Virus record (IMG/VR): IMGVR_UViG_3300017963_000282
Span: 41-64,040 of that record
Direction: 5' to 3' (one strand)
Source: a virus
Taxonomy: Duplodnaviria > Caudoviricetes
Length of the DNA stretch: 64,000 nucleotides
In this document: in pieces, positions 28,318 to 37,318 of the stretch
Numbering within the stretch: position 1 is the first letter of the stretch
How the letters are laid out: every line of letters begins with the position of its first letter
Made by a program: the position numbers and the translations under genes
The notes under the pieces: generated by a model
The model's database searches: none
What the model was told of the DNA's origin: nothing
Seen by the model: only the letters and a program-made list of their open reading frames with translations

Positions 28318-29559
28318 TTATGGTCCAGCCTGCCATGTAGATGTATATGGGGGTACTCCAGTAGTAAAATGTTTGTGTGTCACTACATCAATACCCGCAA
28401 TCACATAGGAAGGTGCCGTAGTTACTATACCCGAAGCCGTAAATGTCCATGTTAAACCCCCAATACTCATTGTAATTGATGCTGGAGTAACTATTATTGA
28501 AGTCGTACCAGTCTTCCACTCTGAAACTGCCGTTTTTAAATTAAATTCAAATAATGGATTCGTAAGAACAATATTTTGCGTGGCGTCAAATTCAATGCTT
28601 TGCGTAACGTCAGCTGTCCAATCTCCAGTAATTGTCCAATCTGCATTTCCAGTTATATCCGCTGTCCAATCACTTTGGACAGTCATTTCAAAATTACCCT
28701 GGGTTGTCCAACTTACAGTATCTTGAAATTCCCATGTTCCAGTGGACTGTCCGGTTCTACTATAAGCATCTTGAATGGTGTCATCCCAGGTACCCGTAAC
28801 ATCAATAGTCTTATTATTTTGAACGGTTAGTGAATCATCATTAACTACGGTTTGAGTACGATCATTCCCGATAGTTTCCGTCTGATTTACCCCGATATCA
28901 ATCAACTCATTATTAACAACTCTTTGCGTCCGATCCTGACCAACATCCAATACTTGATCGCGGCCAATATCCATAAATTCATCTTGACCAACATCAACTG
29001 TCCGATCCCGCCCGATAGTGATAAACTCATCCCGACCAATATCAGTCGTCCGATCCCGACCAATAGTGCGTCGCTCATCACGGGCAAAATATACCTCTAA
29101 ATCGTTTAATTCTGTATCATACAGAAAATAATTGCCGTTTAAATCCTCGATACGAATATGGCGTTCACCAGAAATATCGTCAAATTCCCAAAAATGCCCA
29201 CCCAATGATTCATATCCAGAAACATCTGGTGTATCTCTTCGAAATCGAGATGGTGGATCTTTGGAGGCATTCGTTGTATTTACAGCACCCAGCCATACTG
29301 GTTGTTCAGGATGACCAGAATTAAAAGCCACATATACCTGTGTACCCACAGCTGGAACACTAAAAAATTGATGACTCGGAAATGCCGCATCACACCACCA
29401 TTTATGGTCATCGCCATCGCTAATATACGGTATTTTTACTTTAATTCGGCCACGATGGGGCACACTAGATACAGAACTATCATCATTACGATCCACAACT
29501 ATTGCACGATGTATGCCCAATAATACTTTATTTAGCTCATGGTCAAATACATATGGCAT
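28318..29559 (-). CDS. Central spike (gp5/gpV/VgrG C-terminal type)
   Basis: OB-fold GRIKVKIP...P.VGTQVYVAF.SG.PEQPVWLG; GHFWEFDD; 8-residue beta-helix repeats (IGRDRTTD, VGQDEFMD); terminal HKH. Confidence 0.9.
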   Translation of the reverse strand: MPYVFDHELNKVLLGIHRAIVVDRNDDSSVSSVPHRGRIKVKIPYISDGDDHKWWCDAAFPSHQFFSVPAVGTQVYVAFNSGHPEQPVWLGAVNTTNASKDPPSRFRRDTPDVSGYESLGGHFWEFDDISGERHIRIEDLNGNYFLYDTELNDLEVYFARDERRTIGRDRTTDIGRDEFITIGRDRTVDVGQDEFMDIGRDQVLDVGQDRTQRVVNNELIDIGVNQTETIGNDRTQTVVNDDSLTVQNNKTIDVTGTWDDTIQDAYSRTGQSTGTWEFQDTVSWTTQGNFEMTVQSDWTADITGNADWTITGDWTADVTQSIEFDATQNIVLTNPLFEFNLKTAVSEWKTGTTSIIVTPASITMSIGGLTWTFTASGIVTTAPSYVIAGIDVVTHKHFTTGVPPYTSTWQAGP

Positions 29560-29561
29560 TG

Positions 29562-30902
29562 TTATTGATTCTCAATAAAAATTTTAGTACCACGAACATT
29601 ACCGCGATCAATTTCCACTCGACGTTGACCAGTCTTGGCATTTTTAGTATTTTTAGAAGTGTCTGCCTTTCCAGTATCTTCTTCAGATCCAATATCCGGA
29701 GGCATAGTCAAATCAAGCGTCATTGTTGCCGCATCAGACCCGCTCATTTTTACTAGCATACTTTCCACATAATATTTACGTTGCTTCCATTTGTTGGCCA
29801 CACGTCCCTCAATAGTAAGTAATACTTTTGCTGTCATTTGGGGATGTAATAAACAATCTGCCCGTGCTTTAATGGTACCCTCATTATTTTGTTGTTGAGA
29901 TGCCTCGTTTCTATTTTTGGCATCTTCTTTATCACGGCCCGGAACATTTGATTTACGTTTTTGTATATTTCGTTCGGGAGCTTCAATGATTTTTTTAGCT
30001 TGGACACTACCGCGATCAATTAGCACTCTCCGCGTAGTTTTTTCTTCTTGTTTTTGTTCTTTATTATCTCTTGTACCTAAATCATTTGTTTTAGTTTCAG
30101 CCGCTGCTTCTTCAATATCAACGTCGGGTTCAAAATCATACATCAATATGGTTCGTTTATTTTCTTGCAATCGTGCCGAATAATCTTCTTCTTGACCGCG
30201 AAATAAAATTCCCCATGATTGCTCTTTAAATTTTTTTGTTTTTTTACCAAAAAATAAATCATCACCTTCCACATATACTTCTAATCCATACGTTTGTGCC
30301 AAATCGGATAAAAATTGGATGTCTGTTTGTTTTTTTTGTTGCCATCCATTTTGTTTTATCTTGGCAGGCGCCTCATCCAAAGCAATATATGTCAAATTAT
30401 TCTCGGCGGCAATTTCTTTGGCCACATCTTCCAATGAATATTTAATATCCTCATTTTTTTCCGACTTTTTAGCTTTAGGTCGAAATATATCTTTAGTTTC
30501 CGTATGCATATTTTTACTATTATCATGACAAATCACGGTAACAGTTTCAATATCCCCTTCCGGATAACGTTCCTCTACTTCCACAATCTTGAAATTACGC
30601 CAAGGGGATAAACGAAAATCATCCTCAAAACCGTATTGAAATTCAACTTGATTCCCAGCCTTAAATAAATCAGAATCAGTTAAAAAACGTTCCCCCTCTG
30701 GCGCGGTTGGATCATAATTGATAACGGTAAATTTTAATGTATCCCGAACACCTTTTTTCTTTTTCGTCTCCTTGCCGGTCCCATCAGTATCTTCATATTC
30801 AAAATCTAAAATTTTAGAATCCGGCGAATCTAATGTAGTAGCCCAATGGAATTTTTTTCCACTGATTTTCAAATATATCACAGGTTTAAGAACAGTTGGC
30901 AT
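29562..30902 (-). CDS. Baseplate hub (gpD / VgrG N-terminal type)
   Basis: GNQVEFQYG, Q..QTDIQFLSDLA..YG.EVYVEGDDLFF; position before the spike gene. Confidence 0.82.
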   Translation of the reverse strand: MPTVLKPVIYLKISGKKFHWATTLDSPDSKILDFEYEDTDGTGKETKKKKGVRDTLKFTVINYDPTAPEGERFLTDSDLFKAGNQVEFQYGFEDDFRLSPWRNFKIVEVEERYPEGDIETVTVICHDNSKNMHTETKDIFRPKAKKSEKNEDIKYSLEDVAKEIAAENNLTYIALDEAPAKIKQNGWQQKKQTDIQFLSDLAQTYGLEVYVEGDDLFFGKKTKKFKEQSWGILFRGQEEDYSARLQENKRTILMYDFEPDVDIEEAAAETKTNDLGTRDNKEQKQEEKTTRRVLIDRGSVQAKKIIEAPERNIQKRKSNVPGRDKEDAKNRNEASQQQNNEGTIKARADCLLHPQMTAKVLLTIEGRVANKWKQRKYYVESMLVKMSGSDAATMTLDLTMPPDIGSEEDTGKADTSKNTKNAKTGQRRVEIDRGNVRGTKIFIENQ

Positions 30903-30903
30903 G

Positions 30904-31212
30904 TTAATCTAAAATCTTATCCCGCAATGTAGCGAGTGATGGTAATATGACAAATTCTTTTTCTTGTAAATCTGCATCCGGGAATAAAAGATCATTAAAA
31001 TCTGAAATTACCCAACCATATTTGGGTGTCCCATAATATTTCGAACTAAGTAAATCCACACGATCTTTTATACTTACGGTATGTACAATATTATCTGGAA
31101 AATCTGTTTGAGTTAAAGGTTTTCTATGTGGAACAAAAATCACTTCTCCACTATTTTCCAAATATTGATTTACATTAAAATATCGGCTATCATCAAAAAT
31201 TTTACCAGACAT
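30904..31212 (-). CDS. LysM/tail-X-like baseplate protein
   Basis: HTVSIKDRVDLLSSKYYG.P...WVISDFN. Confidence 0.8.
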   Translation of the reverse strand: MSGKIFDDSRYFNVNQYLENSGEVIFVPHRKPLTQTDFPDNIVHTVSIKDRVDLLSSKYYGTPKYGWVISDFNDLLFPDADLQEKEFVILPSLATLRDKILD

Positions 31213-31955
31213 TAAAATCCCCTCAAAGCCGCTTTTGGCGATTTGACTTCTCGTAAAACTACTGAAACTGTCGCCATTAGTGGAATTTGATTTTTATCCC
31301 ACATGGTAATATCCGCATCATAGTTAGTTAAAATCCACTCGGAATCATAATAATGCTCCCAATCAAAAAGTAATTTTGGAGGCGGTTTATTTCCCTGACC
31401 ATGTAATGCATCTCTTAAAAATTCCAAATCCGCCAAAATATCTCTAGTTCGTTGCATATGCACTTCTTTTTTAGGAGGAAAGAATTTATTAAAAAGAATT
31501 CCAGTACCAGTACCAATAGCCTCCGCATATGGCACACGCTTAGCCGCAAAAGCAACCAATCCCTCTTCTGCTCGCTTTAATAATTTTCCCGAATAACTAC
31601 CGGCTGATGGAGCTTGAACAGATGCAGAATAACCATTTGGAGCTTCTAATCCATGAAGAAATAATTCAAACGATAAGGATCTTCCCGCAAAATTCAAATG
31701 TTGGAAAATTGGCTGTTCTGATTGAATAGCATTTTTTTCAGCCCAATTAGCTTTTAAACTATCTTTTATTCGATTTGGATTAAATTGAAATGCCAAATCT
31801 TTAAATAAATTATCCACATGAAAAAAAGAACCCTTCAGGAACTTAATTCCAGGATTTCCTAGCTGTTGTTTTTTATTAAAATTAGTAATATCATTAAGTT
31901 CGTTGCTAACGAAATCATCGAATTTACTAGGATTAAATGTTTTTGGAAAAGGCAT
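31212..31955 (-). CDS. Tail tube initiator (CIS tube protein / gpU-like)
   Basis: FQFNPNRI...W...RSLSFELFL...PPPKLLFDW...ATVSVVLRE. Confidence 0.8.
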   Translation of the reverse strand: MPFPKTFNPSKFDDFVSNELNDITNFNKKQQLGNPGIKFLKGSFFHVDNLFKDLAFQFNPNRIKDSLKANWAEKNAIQSEQPIFQHLNFAGRSLSFELFLHGLEAPNGYSASVQAPSAGSYSGKLLKRAEEGLVAFAAKRVPYAEAIGTGTGILFNKFFPPKKEVHMQRTRDILADLEFLRDALHGQGNKPPPKLLFDWEHYYDSEWILTNYDADITMWDKNQIPLMATVSVVLREVKSPKAALRGF

Positions 31956-31969
31956 TCTTTATATTCCTA

Positions 31970-34186
31970 TTAAGTACCTGTTTTAGCGGCGGGTACTCCA
32001 CCAGCATTTCCAGCCGCCTGTACTTGTTTTTGGGATTTATTCATAGCGCGACCCATTTCTCTTCCATTCATCTGTACACTGGTACTATTATTATTTTGTA
32101 AATTGATAGTGGTATCCTGTGGAGTACCCATACCGGCGGAACCTGCTCCAGTCCAAGTACCCCAACCTCGTTTAAAACTTTCCATTCCTTCAGATAACAT
32201 TTCTCCACCAACAATACCAGCCTGTTCTCTGGACATACCGGCAGCCTTTCTACCCGCGTTTAATGAAGCCACAATACCAGCTCCGCCAGGAGTTAAAAGA
32301 AGTAATCCTTGAAATGCCTTACTGCTGGATAATTTAGTAATAGAGCCCAAAACTACTTTCACTAAACCATCCAACATTTCAATCAATCCTGCAATTCCCC
32401 GAACTAAGGTAGTTAAGGCTAATGAAACTCCCTCAATCAATGTAAGAACTAATTTAATAGCCCCCACCAAAGCACCCCCAAATACAAATCCAAGAGCTTC
32501 ACCGGTTTTGACAGCTTCCGGGCTAATAATCCCAAGTGTTTCCAGCATTCGCACTAATGCTTCCGCAATATCCGTTATCGCAAATTTAACAATATCAAAA
32601 GTTTGGCGAAAATCTGGCCCTAAAGTAGAAGCGATGGCATAAGAAATATTGAAAATATCCTGCAATCGTAAAGCAATCCAAGTCAAGCCACGAAAAATAG
32701 GACCAAAACCGGATTCATTCAAACTAATAAATAAATCTTCCGCAATGGAACCGGTTTTGAGCACTTCCATCATACCGCGTATGGCCATCCCAAAACCTTT
32801 AACCATATCTTTAATAAAATCTATTGCGGGCGCTTTAGCGGCAGAAAATGCACCGGCCAATGTACCTACCAATGCTGCTAAAGAAATTAAAGCTCCCACT
32901 AACACTAATCCAAATTTACTAACTGCCAATAAAGCTTTTCCAAATCCAGTTAATACTGTTTTTAATCCCATAATAGCTCTAGCTTTTGCTGCAATCATTT
33001 TTGGGGCAGGACCCAATAATCTACTGGGATCAGTAATCGGAGTAGCGGCTAATCCAGCGCCGGCTCCAGCCATAGCCGGGGCAGCTCCAGCCGTACCCAT
33101 TATAGCCGGGAGAGCTACACTTTTAAATAGTAAAATAGAAGCTGTGGCAGCACCGACAGTTGCGGCTAAAGTTAAAAATGCTCCGGCCAGTGTGGTACCA
33201 ACCACTGCTGAAATGGCTGCAAATTGTACTAATGTTCTATTATCCGCCAAAAACTGTAAAGTTTTCGGAATCACATCATATTTATCTAAAATTTCAAAAA
33301 ATCGGATAAACGGAGAAATTAAAGCTTTAAAAACTGCGCCTAAAGGTTTAAATATTTTTTCTTGGGCTTCGGCACTCTCGACTAATTTATTAAATTTATC
33401 CACTACTCGAATCAAGGGCGGAGTTAATGCTTCTAAGGCTGGTTGGGCAATTTTAGCAAAAGCTAACTCAAATAATTGACCTAATTGGCGCAAACGAAAT
33501 AAAAATGTTTTACTCATAACTTTGGAAACATTTCCAAATCGTTTTTCTAATAATTCAATAATTTTAGTTGTGCGCTCGGAACCTTTTAAAGATTTGATTT
33601 GAGATTTCTCTAATTCTGTAAAAGAGGTATCTAATAAACGAGCCGCAGAATTCAAGTTATCAAACATATTGGCCACACCCTGAATAGCTCGGGTGCGAGC
33701 CTGTCCGGATAAAGTGGTAATAGCTTGAGTGACTACACGAATACCTCTGGTGGACTGTTCGGCAGCTAATCCTAAACTTCCAAAACGACGAGCCACATCA
33801 ATAACTCTGGGCAGGGCAATATCGGTGGAATTAGCAATATTTAAAACAGCGCCCGCAATTGTTTCTGTATCCGTTCCAAAAAATACTCGCAGGGCGGCCA
33901 TAGAAGATTGTAATTCACCGCCGGCATTTAGAATTCGAGAAAATGCTCCAATTAAACTTTTTGACATTGCATTAAACTTTTGAGCCAACCTACCGGCACC
34001 TACCGATAAAATGCCAAAAGCAGCGGCTTGTTTTAATGCAATGGAAGTAGCTCTCGCTTGAGATTTAGCGAGATTATTGACATTTCCGGATAATCCACGA
34101 ACCTTACGATTCGCGCTATCTAATTTGGGTTCAAAACCACCAGTGACAGTGATGTGAATCCCAAGCCCTAAACTACTTACAGCCAA
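31970..34186 (-). CDS. Tape measure protein
   Basis: 738 aa, Ala/Gly/Leu-rich helical with hydrophobic stretches, after the chaperone genes; TTG start. Confidence 0.85.
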   Translation of the reverse strand: MAVSSLGLGIHITVTGGFEPKLDSANRKVRGLSGNVNNLAKSQARATSIALKQAAAFGILSVGAGRLAQKFNAMSKSLIGAFSRILNAGGELQSSMAALRVFFGTDTETIAGAVLNIANSTDIALPRVIDVARRFGSLGLAAEQSTRGIRVVTQAITTLSGQARTRAIQGVANMFDNLNSAARLLDTSFTELEKSQIKSLKGSERTTKIIELLEKRFGNVSKVMSKTFLFRLRQLGQLFELAFAKIAQPALEALTPPLIRVVDKFNKLVESAEAQEKIFKPLGAVFKALISPFIRFFEILDKYDVIPKTLQFLADNRTLVQFAAISAVVGTTLAGAFLTLAATVGAATASILLFKSVALPAIMGTAGAAPAMAGAGAGLAATPITDPSRLLGPAPKMIAAKARAIMGLKTVLTGFGKALLAVSKFGLVLVGALISLAALVGTLAGAFSAAKAPAIDFIKDMVKGFGMAIRGMMEVLKTGSIAEDLFISLNESGFGPIFRGLTWIALRLQDIFNISYAIASTLGPDFRQTFDIVKFAITDIAEALVRMLETLGIISPEAVKTGEALGFVFGGALVGAIKLVLTLIEGVSLALTTLVRGIAGLIEMLDGLVKVVLGSITKLSSSKAFQGLLLLTPGGAGIVASLNAGRKAAGMSREQAGIVGGEMLSEGMESFKRGWGTWTGAGSAGMGTPQDTTINLQNNNSTSVQMNGREMGRAMNKSQKQVQAAGNAGGVPAAKTGT

Positions 34187-34384
34187 TTATCTAGCCCTCT
34201 TGCCCCGCCGTTTAGCTTTATCCATCGCCTTTTTTTCTTCTTGTTGTTGGTAGGTTAATATTGCAGCCATTTTTTTACGAAAAGAACGAGGCCAGCTTAA
34301 TACTTCTTTCACAGAAGAAAACTTTCCATGGGAAACTAATCTAAAAACTTCAATGTCTAAAGAAGTCACTTTATTAGCAGCCAA
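34187..34384 (-). CDS. Tail assembly chaperone extension, probably expressed by -1 frameshift from the upstream gene
   Basis: EVLSWPRSFRK resembles gpT-like tails; this frame is open back to the slippery heptamer at 34435-34441. Confidence 0.75.
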   Translation of the reverse strand: MAANKVTSLDIEVFRLVSHGKFSSVKEVLSWPRSFRKKMAAILTYQQQEEKKAMDKAKRRGKRAR

Positions 34385-34413
34385 TATTTCCTCATCGGCG
34401 TCCGAGGCTGCTA

Positions 34414-35208
34414 TTAAATGGACTCCGGATAGAAGAAATTTGGGTCATCTAATGGAATATCTTCAGTAAATTTGGTATCACAATACTTACAGGTATTGAT
34501 AGTTTGTTTATCCATAGACAAGTCAATGCCGCCCTCTACCTTTTCTGCGGCGCGGAAATAAGCTAATCTAATTCGTTTTGGAAGGCGTTTAAGGTAGGGA
34601 AAAAAGCGGGGTTCTTTGTCTTTTCCAGTATTGATTGAAACTGTTCTCGCAGCCAAATTTACAGTCATTTTTTCATTTGGGTGTTGATCCAATAAGTATT
34701 TCATTTTCTGTTCCGTATGGCCATCTGCAATTTTAAATGTGATTGCCGTTTCTCCATCTTTGGCCTCATCATCTGGAAATGAAAAAATATGAGAACGAAT
34801 CAGGGGATCAGACATTTTCTTTACGGGGAGCTGCGCCAAATCTACTTCAAAATTATTCGTTTTTTGACAAAATTTATTCCGGCATTTTAGGGCAAATTTA
34901 AACATTGAAGAATGGGAAACTTCACGAAGTTTTACTAATGAAAACATACTATCTCCCAATGCCATATCCAATACACGTTCTGGAGTCAATTGTAATTTCT
35001 TTCCCGATTCCGGATTTATCAACGTACAACAAGCAGCTAAAATATCATGAAAAGCTTGTCCAGTAATAATTTTCTTTTCATCCGTCAATAAATCTTCTTC
35101 CACTCCAGTCATTTCTCGAATCATAACATGAGTATAAAGATGTTTTGCCTCTCCATCAGTTACCAAAAATCCACATGGCAACTCATAAGTTTCACTGTTC
35201 AAATGCAT
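34414..35208 (-). CDS. Tail assembly / baseplate hub chaperone (T4 gp26-like)
   Basis: ELPCG, IREMTGVEEDLL, GD..F.L..LR..S, C...C, DLAQLPVK, C-terminal CKYC...NFF; between tube and tape measure. Confidence 0.8.
   Translation of the reverse strand: MHLNSETYELPCGFLVTDGEAKHLYTHVMIREMTGVEEDLLTDEKKIITGQAFHDILAACCTLINPESGKKLQLTPERVLDMALGDSMFSLVKLREVSHSSMFKFALKCRNKFCQKTNNFEVDLAQLPVKKMSDPLIRSHIFSFPDDEAKDGETAITFKIADGHTEQKMKYLLDQHPNEKMTVNLAARTVSINTGKDKEPRFFPYLKRLPKRIRLAYFRAAEKVEGGIDLSMDKQTINTCKYCDTKFTEDIPLDDPNFFYPESI
34435..34441 (-). other. -1 ribosomal frameshift slippery site A AAU UUC
   Basis: X XXY YYZ heptamer in the correct phase (CCA AAT TTC); -1 frame reads FLLSGVHLIAASDADEEILAANKVTS without a stop. 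Confidence 0.75.
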
Positions 35209-35233
35209 TGCATTTTCCTCCTATTGTATACAC

Positions 35234-35275
35234 AAAATGGCCCTATCCGGCCCTGATGTCGAACCGGATAAGACC
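35234..35275 (-). terminator. Intrinsic terminator/attenuator after the tail tube gene
   Basis: Minus-strand 15-bp stem GGUCUUAUCCGGUUC/GGGCCGGAUAGGGCC with G-U pairs, followed by AUUUUG. Confidence 0.65.
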
Positions 35276-35288
35276 TCTAATACACTGG

Positions 35289-35765
35289 TTAGTTATCCAA
35301 ATAGATACCTTCATTTACCACCGTAGCAGTTTCAATCGCTACTTCGCTGGCATCTGCACTCAATGTGCCAATCTCATATTTCTGAACCCAAGCTCGTTCT
35401 ACTTTCCAGGTTTTGATATCAATTCCAACCATATCCCTTTGAATAACATACATATCAAAGCGATAAATTGGAGAAGCAACACCAGCTGCCCCCAAAAATG
35501 CATCAAAAACACGGGTTTGCAGATTCCAGAGATCGACATCAGAAGTCATTCCCCGTGATAGCGTAATATCATTGTAATTCGTTAAACCACGCATTTTACG
35601 TGGAGTAGACGCATCACAACCTTCACGGTAAGAAACCATATCGGTTTCAGCACCCAATCCATCGACTTCCGAAAATCCCGCTGAGGCCACATCGTCGATT
35701 TCAACACAAAACCTAAAGGCCATGAGGGGGTCCTCAAGCCTCCTAATTCCTTCTCGTCCGGCCAT
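35289..35765 (-). CDS. Tail tube protein (T4 gp19 / Afp1-Afp5-like)
   Basis: DPL..FRF.VEID....AGFSEVDGL..ET....YREG...RKMRG...Y.DITL.RG...W...AW..KY...L.A..SEVAIE. Confidence 0.93.
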   Translation of the reverse strand: MAGREGIRRLEDPLMAFRFCVEIDDVASAGFSEVDGLGAETDMVSYREGCDASTPRKMRGLTNYNDITLSRGMTSDVDLWNLQTRVFDAFLGAAGVASPIYRFDMYVIQRDMVGIDIKTWKVERAWVQKYEIGTLSADASEVAIETATVVNEGIYLDN

Positions 35766-35810
35766 TATTAAGCCCTCCTATGTTATCATCTTTTTCTCGT
35801 CTAGTCAAAT

Positions 35811-37313
35811 TTACTTAAGACTGCGAAATCGTTTACGTTTTAAGCTATCTAAAGGCCTCTTATTGATATCCTGGAATGGTCTTGGTTGCTGAGGCCTACC
35901 AATTGAAAAATTCACATAATCTTGTACATTTAGAGTTTCAACAAGATTTTTGGCACTATTGGAATAGGCCAAAACTGAATCAATAACACTTAACGTTTCT
36001 ATAAAAGCTCTCTGATAGCTTACAGTTCGGGTCATACTATCAGTTATTGATAATGTTTCGTAAAGAACATTTATTGCTGCTTTCACTAAATCCGAAAAAC
36101 TCAATGATTCCGACAAATTACGCTCAAAATCGACGTAATGCGTCATAGAATCCGCCACCGATAATGCCTCTGCAAGTGCCCTATTAAACCCATGGATATA
36201 TGCCAAACTATCGGAAACTGAAAGTGTTTCAGGTGGAGCTGTCAAATAGTACGTGGTCTCATCAGAAACACCAGGATACCGCAGCTCACTAAACAACGTT
36301 TGTGGAATATCACTCAGTCTTAATTTAGCAGCCGCTAAAGCTGCGGGATGTGACAATTCCTCAATAAATGTCTCGACATACATATATTGGTTGTTATCTA
36401 TGAAAATTTCACCCACTTCTGGCACAGCCCATTGAAATGTCAATTGTGTAGGAATAGTGGAAGGTGTAAATGGAGTGGATGTCTTTGTTGGACCAATTTG
36501 TTGAACTTTGGCTACTCCGCCGGCATCAGCTGTAACCACAAAAAGACTAACATGGGCCTTCACTTGACCTGTATTATGGGTATCCTGAACAATTAACTTT
36601 ACATCCCAGGTACCTCTTAAAAACACTCCTTGGGGCGAATTATCAAATAAAAAACCTTGGGAGCCAACATCAGTAGGCACGGAGCCTAAATCCACTTGAT
36701 TGGGGGAACCTGGCGTAGTGCCGGGCACATAACGTAAAATTCTTAAATCCCCACTTATTGGACGCTCTGAAGCGGCGATTTCACCAGAATCAGGAATTTC
36801 CTCCAATTGCCGTACTTGAGTATTTCCCGTTACAACAGTGCTTTGATCGGCCCGAAAGAAAAGTCCTTTTGAAGCCCCAGTGCGGGCAGTTAGAGTCAAA
36901 ATTTCCAATAAAGCTCTAGTAAAATCACCTTGAATATCTACGGAATCGGCAAAAGATAATGTTTCCGCTAATGGTTGATCTATATTTAATCCAAATAAAC
37001 TATAAAATTCTTTACCGGCAACATCATATACTTGCAGGGCTCCGCCGCTAAGCTCACCAATTACATCAAATTTTTGGAATTTATAGAAACTACCCCTTCC
37101 CTCCGGAGGAAATTCTTGCACTATCTGAGGAATTGCACTAAATGGTCCAGCAGTATCAAACTTTTGAATCTGTTGATTAGAATTTGCTCCAATTATATTA
37201 GTTTGGGAAAAAATAGCTTTAACAGACATCGCACCAAGACTTAACGAGGATTTAGATAATAAAAAATCCTGTACAGTTAAATCTTCTTGTAATGTACGAG
37301 TATAACTTGCCAT
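35811..37313 (-). CDS. Putative fibre/appendage protein with ETLSxxDS repeats
   Basis: At least eight copies of E[TSAD]L[STN]xxD (EDLTVQD, ETLSFAD, ETLSVSD, EALSVAD, ESLSFSD, ETLSITD, ETLSVID, ETLNVQD). Confidence 0.6.
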   Translation of the reverse strand: MASYTRTLQEDLTVQDFLLSKSSLSLGAMSVKAIFSQTNIIGANSNQQIQKFDTAGPFSAIPQIVQEFPPEGRGSFYKFQKFDVIGELSGGALQVYDVAGKEFYSLFGLNIDQPLAETLSFADSVDIQGDFTRALLEILTLTARTGASKGLFFRADQSTVVTGNTQVRQLEEIPDSGEIAASERPISGDLRILRYVPGTTPGSPNQVDLGSVPTDVGSQGFLFDNSPQGVFLRGTWDVKLIVQDTHNTGQVKAHVSLFVVTADAGGVAKVQQIGPTKTSTPFTPSTIPTQLTFQWAVPEVGEIFIDNNQYMYVETFIEELSHPAALAAAKLRLSDIPQTLFSELRYPGVSDETTYYLTAPPETLSVSDSLAYIHGFNRALAEALSVADSMTHYVDFERNLSESLSFSDLVKAAINVLYETLSITDSMTRTVSYQRAFIETLSVIDSVLAYSNSAKNLVETLNVQDYVNFSIGRPQQPRPFQDINKRPLDSLKRKRFRSLK

Positions 37314-37318
37314 TCATC

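Noticed and set aside
28790-29080. Periodic DNA pattern suggesting a CRISPR array or tandem repeat
   Set aside because: It is the 8-residue beta-helix coding repeat of the spike; no constant repeat with unique spacers.
32649-33479. 276-aa plus-strand ORF and the many other short opposite-strand ORFs in the track
   Set aside because: Antisense shadows of well-supported genes, with no RBS or motifs.
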